In this document: in pieces, positions 9,399 through 18,710 of the stretch
Layout: each line of letters begins with the position of its first letter
Numbering within the stretch: the first letter of the stretch is position 1
Assembly (NCBI GenBank): GCA_016872555.1
Contig: VGZO01000014.1
Location: 4,834 to 68,833, forward strand
Length of the DNA: 64,000 bases
From: Planctomycetota bacterium
GTDB lineage: Bacteria; Planctomycetota; Planctomycetia; Pirellulales; UBA1268
Reading direction: 5' to 3'
Program-made: the position numbers and the translations under genes
Notes under the pieces: generated by a model
What the model saw: only the letters and a program-made list of their open reading frames with translations
Told to the model about the DNA's origin: nothing
The model's database searches: none

Positions 9399-9956
9399 AT
9401 GGCGACCTCCGCCGGCGTCCGGTTTCCCGCCGCCGTGTTCCTCGACCGCGACGGCACGCTCATCGAAGACCGCCACTACCTCGCCGATCCGGCCGGCGTG
9501 GCGATCCTTCCCGGCGTGCCCGAGGCGCTCGGCCGGCTCCGCGCCGGCGGCTCGCGGCTGTTCCTGTTCACCAACCAGTCGGGGGTGGGGCGGGGTTACT
9601 TCACGCTCGCCGACGTCGCCGCGGTGAACGCCCGGATGGTCGAGCTGCTCGGCCTCGGAGCCGACCCGTTCACCGCGGTGTGCATCGCACCGGAGCGACC
9701 CGACGAGCCGTCGGTGTACCGTAAGCCTTCGCCGCGTTTCATCACCGAGATGCTCGCCCGCCACGCGCTCGATCCGACGGCGGCGTGGATGATCGGCGAT
9801 GCACCGAGCGACTGGGAGGCGGGGATCGCCGCCGGGATTCGCGCGGCGGCGATCGTGGCTGATCCCGCCGCAGACCGCCACCGCGCCCGCCGGGAGGAGC
9901 TCGGCGTCGCCGCCCATCCCGGCCTGCTCGACTGGTTGCAGGCGGTCGTTCGCTGA
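9399..9956 (+). CDS. gmhB: D-glycero-D-manno-heptose 1,7-bisphosphate phosphatase (HAD-IIIA)
   Basis: AVFLDRDGTLIED (DxDGT), LFLFTNQSGVGRGYF, YRKPSPRF and MIGDAPSDWEAG are the GmhB/histidinol-phosphatase-family motifs. The gene sits directly after the GT9 gene. Confidence 0.8.
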   Translation: MATSAGVRFPAAVFLDRDGTLIEDRHYLADPAGVAILPGVPEALGRLRAGGSRLFLFTNQSGVGRGYFTLADVAAVNARMVELLGLGADPFTAVCIAPERPDEPSVYRKPSPRFITEMLARHALDPTAAWMIGDAPSDWEAGIAAGIRAAAIVADPAADRHRARREELGVAAHPGLLDWLQAVVR

Positions 9957-9984
9957 GCGGGCCGCGCCGTCTGCGGCTGCACGA

Positions 9985-11853
9985 TCAGGGGGTTTCAGGG
10001 GCCGGTCCGTCGCCGTCGGCGCGGAGGACGATGCAGGCCAGATCACCGGTCGAGTTGCGGAGCGGCGCGGCGGTGTAGCCGAGCTCGACGAGCGCCTCTT
10101 CGAGGCCCCGGCCGCGGTCGGGGAAACCGTTGCGGTTGACGTAGATCGCCGCGAAGCCGAGACGCCTCAGTTCATCGACGGCCGCCCGGGCGTTGCCCCG
10201 GTTGATGCGGATCACCCCCGCCTGCTGGTCGATCGTCGCCCCCTCGAAGAGCTTCGCCTGGAGCGCCGGCTGCCACTTCTCGCGCTCCCGGCCCTTCATC
10301 GAGCCGAACGAATAGCGGAGGTTTTTGGTGAACAGGTAGGGGCGGAAGTGGTCGTACGGCGGCACGCCGGGGATCGGTGCTTCGGGAAAGTCCATCACGG
10401 GTAGCTGGAACACCATCGCCCCGGGAGGTAGCGCCGCCTCCATCGTGGCGGCAAACTCACGGTCGCCATCGACGGCGCGGGTGATCACGGATGCTTCCTC
10501 GGCGGTCGGTGCCCGGGGAATCTGGTCCGCGACGATCACCAGGCAGGTCACCGCGGCCGCAGCAAGCACGCGCCAGTCTGCCGTGTCACCGGATGGCCCT
10601 CGGGACGCAGTCCGTTGCCGTGCTGACAAAGCTCGCGCCGCCCACAACAGCGTGATCGCCAGGATCACGACGCTGTATCGGCAGCCGCCGCGGAACATCG
10701 TGAAACCGGTCGTGGCTGCGAACAGTGCATTCAGACCGCCGGTGGTGAACATCAGCACCAACCACAGGACCTGCCAGGCCTCCATCGGCACCTGCTTCTC
10801 GCGGCCGCTGACCATGTCGCGGACGGCGGTGGCGACCAGCGCGACCAGGCAGGCCAGGCCGACGATCCCCTGGTATGACGCCCCCTCGTCGAGCAGTGGG
10901 GCGACCTGGCGGTGGGCCGTGGCGAAGTTCGCCAGCGCGTCCCAGCGGTGTGTCAGCGGCGGGATGAACAGGTCCTTGACCTTCAGCCCGTAGATCTCGA
11001 GCCACTTGTATTCACGGACCAACGCCCCGCTGTTGGAACCGTTGGCGAGCCTGTAGGTCCAGGTGTCGACGTTCATCAGGGCGAAAGCGAGCGCCGCCGC
11101 CCCGATCACCGCCAGGGCGGCCAGCAGCGGTGGCCACCGCCGGGTGCGGAGAAACTGCAAGCCGGCGCCGAGGAGGGTGAGTTGGCACAAGGCATTGGTG
11201 AAGTAGGGGTTGTGGAGGCCGGTCAGGAATCCGATCCCACAGGCGACCCAGAACCGCCGCGACCCGGGGGCGATACCCGGCTCCGTCGACACCCAGCGCC
11301 ACACGGGGAGGAACAGCGGCACCTGCCAGACCCAGGCGCAGGTGATGTGGTACGGCGACTGGGCGAAGATGAACGGGCAGACGCCGAAGGCGAGGGCTGC
11401 CGTGAACGCCCATGGCAGGGTGCAGTCCGAGACCCGGGCGACGGCGTAGAACACCAGCGCCGCGAGGACATGGCCCGCGACCATCGCCAGGTTGAGTCCG
11501 GCGAACAGTCCGAACAGCCGGGCGAGCAGGCCGAACACGGCGACCTGCAATTCCTCGACCAGCGGCCAGTCGTTCCAGTTGGCCGCGTGAGGAGCACCGA
11601 GATCTGCCGCCTGCTTCCAGGCCAGCGGCCACCACTCCCCGTTGGCCGCCATCTTCATCATGGCCAGGGCATGGATGACGTCCGATTTCTCCGGTTCGAG
11701 ATACGCGGTCGGTCGCGACAGTGCCCCCGCCGACCAGACGCCGTTTGCCGAACACCATGCGATGCCGACGATGAAGATCAGGAGGGCGAACGGCCCCCAC
11801 GTCAGCAGCGAGTTCTCGGCTCGATTGTTCGCCATGGCTGCAGGTCTGCCCAT
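9985..11853 (-). CDS. large polytopic membrane protein with a C-terminal soluble domain (possible GT-C-type transferase; function unknown)
   Basis: 622-aa ORF. It has roughly 11 hydrophobic segments over the first ~400 aa, then a ~200-aa hydrophilic domain (PPYDHFRPYLFTKNLRYSFGSMKGREREKW...). Composition is coding-like and I recognise no family motif with confidence. Confidence 0.6.
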   Translation of the reverse strand: MGRPAAMANNRAENSLLTWGPFALLIFIVGIAWCSANGVWSAGALSRPTAYLEPEKSDVIHALAMMKMAANGEWWPLAWKQAADLGAPHAANWNDWPLVEELQVAVFGLLARLFGLFAGLNLAMVAGHVLAALVFYAVARVSDCTLPWAFTAALAFGVCPFIFAQSPYHITCAWVWQVPLFLPVWRWVSTEPGIAPGSRRFWVACGIGFLTGLHNPYFTNALCQLTLLGAGLQFLRTRRWPPLLAALAVIGAAALAFALMNVDTWTYRLANGSNSGALVREYKWLEIYGLKVKDLFIPPLTHRWDALANFATAHRQVAPLLDEGASYQGIVGLACLVALVATAVRDMVSGREKQVPMEAWQVLWLVLMFTTGGLNALFAATTGFTMFRGGCRYSVVILAITLLWAARALSARQRTASRGPSGDTADWRVLAAAAVTCLVIVADQIPRAPTAEEASVITRAVDGDREFAATMEAALPPGAMVFQLPVMDFPEAPIPGVPPYDHFRPYLFTKNLRYSFGSMKGREREKWQPALQAKLFEGATIDQQAGVIRINRGNARAAVDELRRLGFAAIYVNRNGFPDRGRGLEEALVELGYTAAPLRNSTGDLACIVLRADGDGPAPETP

Positions 11854-11953
11854 ACGTCATTCAGGAAATGATGGACCGGGAGCGTAACGCACGTCAGCGC
11901 CACAGTCGTTCGATCCCGTCGGCGACATGTGCCGCAAACCGAATCGAGCAGGT

Positions 11954-12430
11954 CTAGCTCGGCGACACGGCGTTGAGCACGTGCATCGATCGCTCATCCC
12001 CTTCGAGCACGAAGTCCATTTCAAGCTTGCGGGTGCGGGTGACGAATAGTCGGGCCCGAATGCCGGAGCGGCCCCAGCGGCGGTGGTTTTCCACGCGCAC
12101 GCCCTCCGCCATTCGGCGGCGAGCGCCACGAGGTGGACCCGGTCGTACTTTGCGAGATCTTCCCGGGCAAGCCGGCGAAAATCGAAGCCGGCAGCCGCTC
12201 GAGTCCCGCTGGGCAGCGTTTCCGCCTCGGGTAAACCGGGCTTTGACCGAGTCGGCGGTGGAGTAGATTTCCAAGTGAAAGACGCCAGAGTTGTGGCCGC
12301 TGGCTTGGTGGCCGCCGGCCAACTCGCTCACCAGCTCCGTGTCCGATGCGTCATGGTGACGGTAGCGCAAGTCGCTGGCGACGGTAATCCCGAAGATGCT
12401 GCCACCCACGACATGATGAACGGTGCTGCC
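11954..12430 (-). pseudogene. decayed remnant of an FAD-dependent L-2-hydroxyglutarate-oxidase-type gene (LhgO-like) with a large internal deletion
   Basis: The translation HHVVGGSIFGITVAS...HQASGHNSGVFHLEIYSTADSVKARF matches the LhgO N-terminus (dinucleotide fold, [24 protein letters not shown]). It is then joined to SGIRARLF...LEMDFVLEGDERSMHVLNAVSPS, which matches the LhgO C-terminus (GVRAQ...DDFLF...IHTCNAPSPAAT). About 150 codons remain where I recall ~420 for intact E. coli LhgO, and a stop follows directly after NAVSPS. Confidence 0.5.
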
Positions 12431-12474
12431 GGTTCGTACGACTGGAACTTAACACAACCCGGAGAACGGCCGCG

Positions 12475-13134
12475 ATGGGCGTGGAAATCGACCTGCTTGT
12501 GAATTATCCCCGGCCCGACCGAGACGTCGCGGCCCGGGCCGCGGCGAAGACGGAGGAGGACCGCGCCATCGCCCGGCGCTTCGACCGGGAGTTCTTCGAC
12601 GGCGACCGGCGGACGGGCTACGGCGGATTCTCCTACAATCCCCGATTCTGGCAGCCGACGGTCCCGGTGTTCCAGCGGCATTTCGGGCTGACCGGCGATT
12701 CGTCGATCCTCGACGTGGGCTGCGCCAAGGGATTCATGATGCACGATTTTGCGGAGTTGATCCCCGGCATCACCGTCAAGGGGATCGACGTCTCGACCTA
12801 TGCCGTTGAGAACGCGATCCCGTCCATGCGGTCCCATGTGCAGGTGGCCGACGCGCGGGCGCTCCCCTTCGCCGACCGGTCCTTCGACGTGGTGATCTCG
12901 ATCAACACCATCCATAACCTGGAGATCGACGGCGTGAAGCAGGCGCTCCAGGAGATCCAGCGGGTGCAGCGCCGCGGCGCCTTCATCACGGTCGATGCCT
13001 GGCGCGACGCCGCCGAAAAGGAGCGGATGGACGCCTGGAACCTGACCGCGAAGACCATCCTCTCCGTTTCCGGCTGGCAGGCCCTGTTCGCGGAGGTCGG
13101 CTACACCGGGGACTACTTCTGGTTCATCCCATGA
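12475..13134 (+). CDS. class I SAM-dependent methyltransferase (type common in O-antigen/glycan loci)
   Basis: ILDVGCAKGFMMHDF (motif I), FDVVISINTIHNL, and an N-terminal NYPRPDRDV...FDREFFDGDRRTGYGGFSYNPRFWQP block. GGAGA lies 9 nt upstream of the ATG. Confidence 0.85.
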   Translation: MGVEIDLLVNYPRPDRDVAARAAAKTEEDRAIARRFDREFFDGDRRTGYGGFSYNPRFWQPTVPVFQRHFGLTGDSSILDVGCAKGFMMHDFAELIPGITVKGIDVSTYAVENAIPSMRSHVQVADARALPFADRSFDVVISINTIHNLEIDGVKQALQEIQRVQRRGAFITVDAWRDAAEKERMDAWNLTAKTILSVSGWQALFAEVGYTGDYFWFIP

Positions 13135-14129
13135 CGCCAACGGTCTCCGGCCAGGACGTGCCTCGCGAGGCGTTGCTCCGGTCAATGAAGCGGTTGCGGC
13201 GCCTCGAGGAGGCGATCGCCGAACGGTATCCCGAGGGCCGGATGCGGTGCCCGGTGCACCTGTCCATCGGCCAGGAGGCGGTCAGCGCCGCCGTCGGCCT
13301 GGCGTTGCATCCGGAAGATCTGGCCGTGAGCGGGCACCGCGCGCACACGCACTACCTCGCCAAGGGCGGGTCGATGCCCCGCCTGGTCGCCGAGATCTAC
13401 GGCAAGCAATCCGGGTGCAGTCGCGGCAAGGGCGGATCCATGCACCTCGTCGACGAGGCGGCGGGATTCAAGGGAAGCACAGCGATCGTCGGCGGCACGA
13501 TCCCCGTGGGCACGGGTCTGGGGCTGTCGCTGGCGACGCGCGGCTCGCCACAGGTGGCCTGCGTATTCTTCGGCGACGCGGCCGTCGAAGAAGGCGTATT
13601 CTTTGAGTCGGTCAACTTCGCGGCCATCCGGCGCCTTCCCGTGCTCTACCTGTGCGAAAATAACTTCTACTCGGTCTACTCCCCGCTCCGCGTGCGGCAG
13701 CCGGAGGGGAGGCGAATCCACGAGATGGTCGCGGGGCTCGGCCTGTCGGCCGCGTACGGCGACGGCAACGACCCCGAACTGGTCTACCAGATGACGGGAG
13801 ATGCCCTGGCATCCATCCGGTCCGGCGCAGGCCCGGTGTTCCTCGAGTTCACGACCTATCGCTACCGCGAGCACTGCGGCCCGAATTTCGATAACGACCT
13901 GGGCTACCGCACCGAGGCCGAGTTCCTCGAGCGGCGGTCGGCCGATCCGGTGGAGACCTACGAAATGCGACTGCTCGAGTCGGGAGTCGTGACGCGGGAG
14001 TCGTTGGCCACCATGGACGCGGCCATTGCGGCGGAGGTGGCTGACGCCTTTGCCTTCGCGGAAGCGTCGCCGTTTCCCGACCGGTCCGAGGCCTTCAGCG
14101 ACCTGTACGTGGGGGAGGACGGCGCGTGA
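13131..14129 (+). CDS. ThDP-dependent 2-oxoacid/acetoin dehydrogenase E1 component, alpha subunit
   Basis: HLSIGQEAVSAAVG, GKGGSMHL, GGTIPVGTGLGL, FFGDAAVEEGVFFESVNFAAIRRLPVLYLCENNFYS (the ThDP GDG-N motif region). The ATG overlaps the upstream stop (ATGA). Confidence 0.9.
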   Translation: MTPTVSGQDVPREALLRSMKRLRRLEEAIAERYPEGRMRCPVHLSIGQEAVSAAVGLALHPEDLAVSGHRAHTHYLAKGGSMPRLVAEIYGKQSGCSRGKGGSMHLVDEAAGFKGSTAIVGGTIPVGTGLGLSLATRGSPQVACVFFGDAAVEEGVFFESVNFAAIRRLPVLYLCENNFYSVYSPLRVRQPEGRRIHEMVAGLGLSAAYGDGNDPELVYQMTGDALASIRSGAGPVFLEFTTYRYREHCGPNFDNDLGYRTEAEFLERRSADPVETYEMRLLESGVVTRESLATMDAAIAAEVADAFAFAEASPFPDRSEAFSDLYVGEDGA

Positions 14130-15187
14130 CGCGGGTGCGCAGCTATGCGGCGGCGATCGCCGAGGCCACCGCCATCGCCATGGAGATCGACGAGCGGATC
14201 CTCTGTTTCGGTCTCGGCGTGGATGATCCCAAGCGGATTTTCGGGACCACCGCAGGGCTCGTGGAACGGTTCGGGCCCCGCCGCGTGTTCGACATGCCGA
14301 CCTCGGAAGCGGCCATGACGGGGGTGGCGATCGGCGCGTCGCTCGACGGCGCCCGCTGCCTGATGACGCACCAGCGGCTCGATTTCTTCCTGCTCACGCT
14401 CGACCAGATCGTCAATAACGCGGCGAAATGGCGGTACATGTTCGGGGGCCAGGCCGCGCCGGTGAGGATCGTGGTGCGGCTCATCCTGGGCCGGGGATGG
14501 GGGCAGGGGCCGACGCACTCGCAGAACCTGCAGGCGTGGTTCGCCCACATTCCGGGACTGAAGGTGGTCATGCCGGCCTCCCCGGCCGATGCCAAGGGCC
14601 TGCTCTTGTCGGCGCTCTTCGACGACAATCCGGTGCTCTTCCTGGAGCATCGCTGGTTGCACCAGATGCAGGGGGAACTTCCCGAGGGGGACCACCGGGT
14701 GCCGATCGGGAAGGCCGCCGTGGTGGCGGAAGGCAGCGACCTGACGATCGTCACGATGTCCTCCATGACCGTCGAAACGCTGCACGCGTTGCCTGCCCTG
14801 CAGGAGGCTGGTATCTCGGCCGAGGTGATCGATCTGCGGTCGATCCGGCCGCTCGACCTCGACACAGTGCTGGCCTCGGTGCGGAAGACCGGTCGGCTGC
14901 TCGCCGTGGATACGGCGAGCCCGGTGTGCTCGGTGGCCAGCGAGATCGTGGCCACGGCGGCCTGCGAATGCTTCGACCGGCTCGAGGGGCCGCCGCGGCG
15001 GCTGGCATTGCCCGACTTTCCGGTGCCGACGAGCCCGGCCCTGACCGACGGCTTCTATCCGCGGGCGGAGCAGATTGCCGTGGCCGCGGCCGGGATGCTC
15101 GGCCGCACGGTGGACGTCGCGGAGATCGTCGCCTCGCGGACGTCGCCGCACGACGTGCCGGGCGATTGGTTCAAGGGGCCGTTCTAA
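14126..15187 (+). CDS. ThDP-dependent dehydrogenase E1 component, beta subunit
   Basis: FGLGVDDPKRIFGTTAGLVERFGPRRVFDMPTSEAAMTGVAIGASLDG, DQIVNNAAKWRYMFGG, IDLRSIRPLD. The GTG start overlaps the alpha-subunit stop (GTGA). Confidence 0.9.
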   Translation: MTRVRSYAAAIAEATAIAMEIDERILCFGLGVDDPKRIFGTTAGLVERFGPRRVFDMPTSEAAMTGVAIGASLDGARCLMTHQRLDFFLLTLDQIVNNAAKWRYMFGGQAAPVRIVVRLILGRGWGQGPTHSQNLQAWFAHIPGLKVVMPASPADAKGLLLSALFDDNPVLFLEHRWLHQMQGELPEGDHRVPIGKAAVVAEGSDLTIVTMSSMTVETLHALPALQEAGISAEVIDLRSIRPLDLDTVLASVRKTGRLLAVDTASPVCSVASEIVATAACECFDRLEGPPRRLALPDFPVPTSPALTDGFYPRAEQIAVAAAGMLGRTVDVAEIVASRTSPHDVPGDWFKGPF

Positions 15188-15199
15188 GGAGCATTTTCG

Positions 15200-16075
15200 A
15201 TGACCGCTGAAGGACTTATAGAGGCTTCAGAGACGCTCGGTTCAATGCTCACGGCGCTGCCGGACATGATGGCCATGCACGCGCCCGGAACGCCGACCTA
15301 TCAGTTCCTCAATGTGGTGGCACGGCACGCGGTTGCCCGGGCATTTTCGTCGGTCGATCCGCCGGCGGTAGAGTTTGGCGAGTTCGGCCGCATCGTGTTC
15401 CCGTTTCGCCGCATGGGTGCGATCACGTCGCTTGACCTGTTCGGCCTGGACGAACTGGTGATTTTCGGGTTTTACCTGCGTCAGCGTGGCCGATACCGGA
15501 GGGTACTCGACGTCGGTGCCAACGTTGGGCTGCATTCGCTGCTACTGTCCCGCTGCGGTTTCGAGGTGAATTGCTTCGAGCCCGATCCCCTGACGTGCGC
15601 TGCGCTGCGGCGCACCCTGTCCGCGAACGACTGTCGGACGGTGCATGTGCATGAGGCGGCAGTCTCGTCGCAGACGGGGACCACGGAGTTCGTCCGGGTG
15701 TTGGGCAATACGACTGGCAGCCACGTCGCGGGCGCAAAGAAGCAACCGTATGGCGACCTCGAGCGGCTGGTCGTCAAGACCGTCGCGATCGGCGAACTCC
15801 TGGCGGATGTCGACTTCATGAAGCTCGACGCTGAGGGTCACGAGGCCGACATACTCTGCTGCACGACCGCGCAGCACTGGGCCGGCACGGAGGCGATCGT
15901 GGAGATCGGAAGCCCCGAGAACGCGGTGGCCGTCCATCGACACATGACGGGGCTTGGTGTAAGCCTGTTCGCGCAGCAGCGGGGCTGGCATCGCGTCGAT
16001 ACTGTCGCGGACATGCCACGGTCCTACCACGACGGCTCCGTCTTCATCTCGAACAACAAGGTCATGCCATGGTAA
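15200..16075 (+). CDS. FkbM-family methyltransferase
   Basis: VLDVGANVGLHSLLLSRCGFEVNCFEPDP...VHVHEAAVSSQTGTTEF...VDFMKLDAEGHE is the characteristic FkbM pattern. Confidence 0.85.
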   Translation: MTAEGLIEASETLGSMLTALPDMMAMHAPGTPTYQFLNVVARHAVARAFSSVDPPAVEFGEFGRIVFPFRRMGAITSLDLFGLDELVIFGFYLRQRGRYRRVLDVGANVGLHSLLLSRCGFEVNCFEPDPLTCAALRRTLSANDCRTVHVHEAAVSSQTGTTEFVRVLGNTTGSHVAGAKKQPYGDLERLVVKTVAIGELLADVDFMKLDAEGHEADILCCTTAQHWAGTEAIVEIGSPENAVAVHRHMTGLGVSLFAQQRGWHRVDTVADMPRSYHDGSVFISNNKVMPW

Positions 16076-16884
16076 ATTGCATCCCAGAGGTGTTCATCGC
16101 GGGTGCCAATGCTGACATCGGCAATGCACTGCTAAGGAACTTCGCAGCCGACGGATGGCGCGTGGGCGGCACATATCGAAACACAAGCCCAGAACTGACA
16201 GGAGCGCCAGACTCCGCAGAACCCTTCTTCATCGCCTGCGATTTTTCGCTGCCCGGATTCGCGGGCGAAGTCGCTGAACGTTATACGTCAGCGGGCCGCG
16301 AGTGGGACGTCTTCATTTCGGCGGTCGGCACGATGCTGCCTGTCGGACCCTTCATGGAGACACCGTTCGCCGACTGGGAGCAAGGGCTGCGGGTCAATCT
16401 GTTGTCACAGCTCGAGTTGGTCCACAGCCTCTATCCGTACCGCCGTCCCGACAAAGTCGCGCATGTGGTCTTGCTGGCCGGTGGCGGCACAAACGGCCCG
16501 TTTCGCAACTACTCCGCCTACTGTCTGTCGAAGATCGGCCTGATCAAGGCCTGCGAACTGCTCGACGACGAGTGCGCTGACCTGAATGCGTTCATTGTGG
16601 GCCCGGGCTGGGTGCGGACGAAGATTCACGCCGAGACGCTCGTGAGCGGTGCTCGCGCAGGGGAGAATCAGGCGCGGACGCGCGACTTCCTCGACTCGGG
16701 CGATTCGGGAACGGCCCACGACGTCATCTATCGGTGCATCCGGTGGGGCATCGAGGCCGGGCGGGAGGTCGCCGGAGGCCGCAACTTTTCGGTGGTTCAC
16801 GACCCGTGGAGAGAGGCCGGATTCTCAGCACGATTGAAGGCCGATGGTAATCTCTGCAAACTGCGGAGGAGTAATCCACAGTGA
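16069..16884 (+). CDS. short-chain dehydrogenase/reductase (SDR)
   Basis: VFIAGANADIGNAL (glycine-rich NAD(P) motif) and YSAYCLSKIGL (YxxxK). The start overlaps the FkbM gene end by 7 nt. Confidence 0.8.
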   Translation: MVNCIPEVFIAGANADIGNALLRNFAADGWRVGGTYRNTSPELTGAPDSAEPFFIACDFSLPGFAGEVAERYTSAGREWDVFISAVGTMLPVGPFMETPFADWEQGLRVNLLSQLELVHSLYPYRRPDKVAHVVLLAGGGTNGPFRNYSAYCLSKIGLIKACELLDDECADLNAFIVGPGWVRTKIHAETLVSGARAGENQARTRDFLDSGDSGTAHDVIYRCIRWGIEAGREVAGGRNFSVVHDPWREAGFSARLKADGNLCKLRRSNPQ

Positions 16885-16921
16885 TCGTTCGAAAGCGAGG
16901 CCGGCGTCCGGGAGTCATCGC

Positions 16922-18709
16922 ATGAAGCTTTCCGACTACGTTGCCGCGTTCCTCGCCCAACAGGGCATCCGACACGCCTTCGCCATCGCTGGCGGAGCCT
17001 GCCTGCATCTGATCGACTCAATCGCCGCCCGCACCGACATCGCCTACGTGTGTCCGCATCACGAACAGGCGGCGGCGATGGCCGCGGACGCATATTCCCG
17101 CGTCTCGGAGCGGCCTGGGGTGGCTATCACGACGAGCGGCCCCGGAGCGACGAATCTGATCACGGGCATTTGTTGTGCCTACTACGATTCCGTGCCGGTA
17201 CTCTTCATCACCGGCCAGGTCGCGACGTTTCGCCTCAAGCAGGACACGGGCGTGCGGCAGTTCGGCTTCCAAGAGACCGACATCGTCGGCATGTGTCGTT
17301 CCGTGACCAAGTATGCCGTGATGGTGGAGGATCCGCTGAGGATTCGCTACGAACTCGAAAAGGCGGTGGCCCTGGCCACCTCGGGCCGGCCCGGGCCGGT
17401 ACTGGTCGATATCCCGGACGACCTGCAGCGTCGCGACATCGACCCGGGAACGTTGGAAGGTTACTCGCCGCCACCGCCGGCTTCTTCGTCGGCCAACCAT
17501 GCCGGTCAGGCCCGGGAGGCGCTTGCGTTGCTACGCCGTGCCCGCAGGCCGATCGTGATCCTCGGCTGGGGTATCCATCTCGCGAATGCCGCTGCGGATG
17601 CGGTGACCTTCTTGCGCCTTAGCGGGCTGCCCGTCGTGCCAACCTGGGGGGCCATCGATCTCGTCGCCCACACGCCGGACAACTTCGTCGGCACCTTTGG
17701 GCTACATGGAACGCGATACGGCAACTTCGCGGTGCAAAACTCCGACTGCATCCTGGCGATCGGTACCAGGCTCGATACCCACGAAACGGGAAGCCCTTTG
17801 AGCAGCTTCGCGCGCGAGGCTCGGAAAATCATCGTTGACATCGACCGCGCTGAACTCACCAAGTTCCCGAGATTCGGAATGCCGGTCGATCTACCCATCG
17901 AGGCGGACGCCGGAGATTTCCTCCGCGCCCTGTCGTTGGAACTCCCGCAGGCAGAAATGCCCGACATCACGCCATGGCGGCTGCAGATCGCCGAATGGCA
18001 GAGGGAGTTCGAAATCTGTCCTGCTAGCAACTTTAACGAGCCCACGCCGAACCCCTATGCAGCGATCAAGGCCCTTTCACGGGCCGCGGCCGCCGATGGC
18101 ACCGTCGTGATCGACACGGGCTGCGTGATCGCATGGTTCATGCAGGCCTGGGAGCCACGGCCTGGTCAGCGGATATTCAGCGCCCTCAACAACACACCCA
18201 TGGGATACGCGCTTCCCGGCGCAATCGGCGCTAGCTTCGCGCTCGATCGTGCGACGGTACTCTGCCTGATCGGCGACGGCGGGTTGATGATGAACATTCA
18301 GGAACTCGCGACCATCATGCACCACGCCCTACCAATCAAGATCATCGTGTTCAACAACCGTGGATACAGCATGATCCAGCAGACACAGGATCAGTGGCTT
18401 GGATCCCGCTACCATGCTTCCTCGAAGGACGGCGGGTTGTCGTTTCCAGACTTCGTCGAGGTTGCAAGAGCGCATGGTATCCCGGCCGCGAGAATAGACA
18501 GGAGTGTGACGATGCCCGACGTAATAGCTCAGGCCCTGGCCCACGACGGGCCGTTCCTTTGTGATCTGACACTTGATCCGGCTGAGCGGGTGGTTCCGCA
18601 GGTCGTGTACGGACGGCCAATCGAGGATGCGGGGCCCTTGCTGAGTCGAGACCTGTTTCTGCGAAACATGCTTGTGAAGCCGCTTGATATCTCTCTGCTG
18701 GGTGAGTGA
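16922..18709 (+). CDS. acetolactate-synthase-like ThDP-binding enzyme (three-domain IlvB/AlsS/YerE family)
   Basis: HHEQAAAMAADAYSRVSERPGVAITTSGPGATNLITGICCAYYDSVPVLFITGQV, FQETDIVGM, and the C-terminal ThDP motif LIGDGGLMMNIQELATI...IIVFNNRGYSMI. The ATG at 16922 is in frame with the track ORF. Confidence 0.9.
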   Translation: MKLSDYVAAFLAQQGIRHAFAIAGGACLHLIDSIAARTDIAYVCPHHEQAAAMAADAYSRVSERPGVAITTSGPGATNLITGICCAYYDSVPVLFITGQVATFRLKQDTGVRQFGFQETDIVGMCRSVTKYAVMVEDPLRIRYELEKAVALATSGRPGPVLVDIPDDLQRRDIDPGTLEGYSPPPPASSSANHAGQAREALALLRRARRPIVILGWGIHLANAAADAVTFLRLSGLPVVPTWGAIDLVAHTPDNFVGTFGLHGTRYGNFAVQNSDCILAIGTRLDTHETGSPLSSFAREARKIIVDIDRAELTKFPRFGMPVDLPIEADAGDFLRALSLELPQAEMPDITPWRLQIAEWQREFEICPASNFNEPTPNPYAAIKALSRAAAADGTVVIDTGCVIAWFMQAWEPRPGQRIFSALNNTPMGYALPGAIGASFALDRATVLCLIGDGGLMMNIQELATIMHHALPIKIIVFNNRGYSMIQQTQDQWLGSRYHASSKDGGLSFPDFVEVARAHGIPAARIDRSVTMPDVIAQALAHDGPFLCDLTLDPAERVVPQVVYGRPIEDAGPLLSRDLFLRNMLVKPLDISLLGE

Positions 18710-18710
18710 C

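Noticed and set aside
11857-12502. Short track ORFs in the 11.86-12.5 kb gap (11857..12129 -, 11973..12266 +, 12083..12502 +) as real small genes.
   Set aside because: They overlap the LhgO-like remnant in other frames, are R/S-rich and have no motifs. The region is better explained as decayed DNA plus the promoter of the downstream operon.
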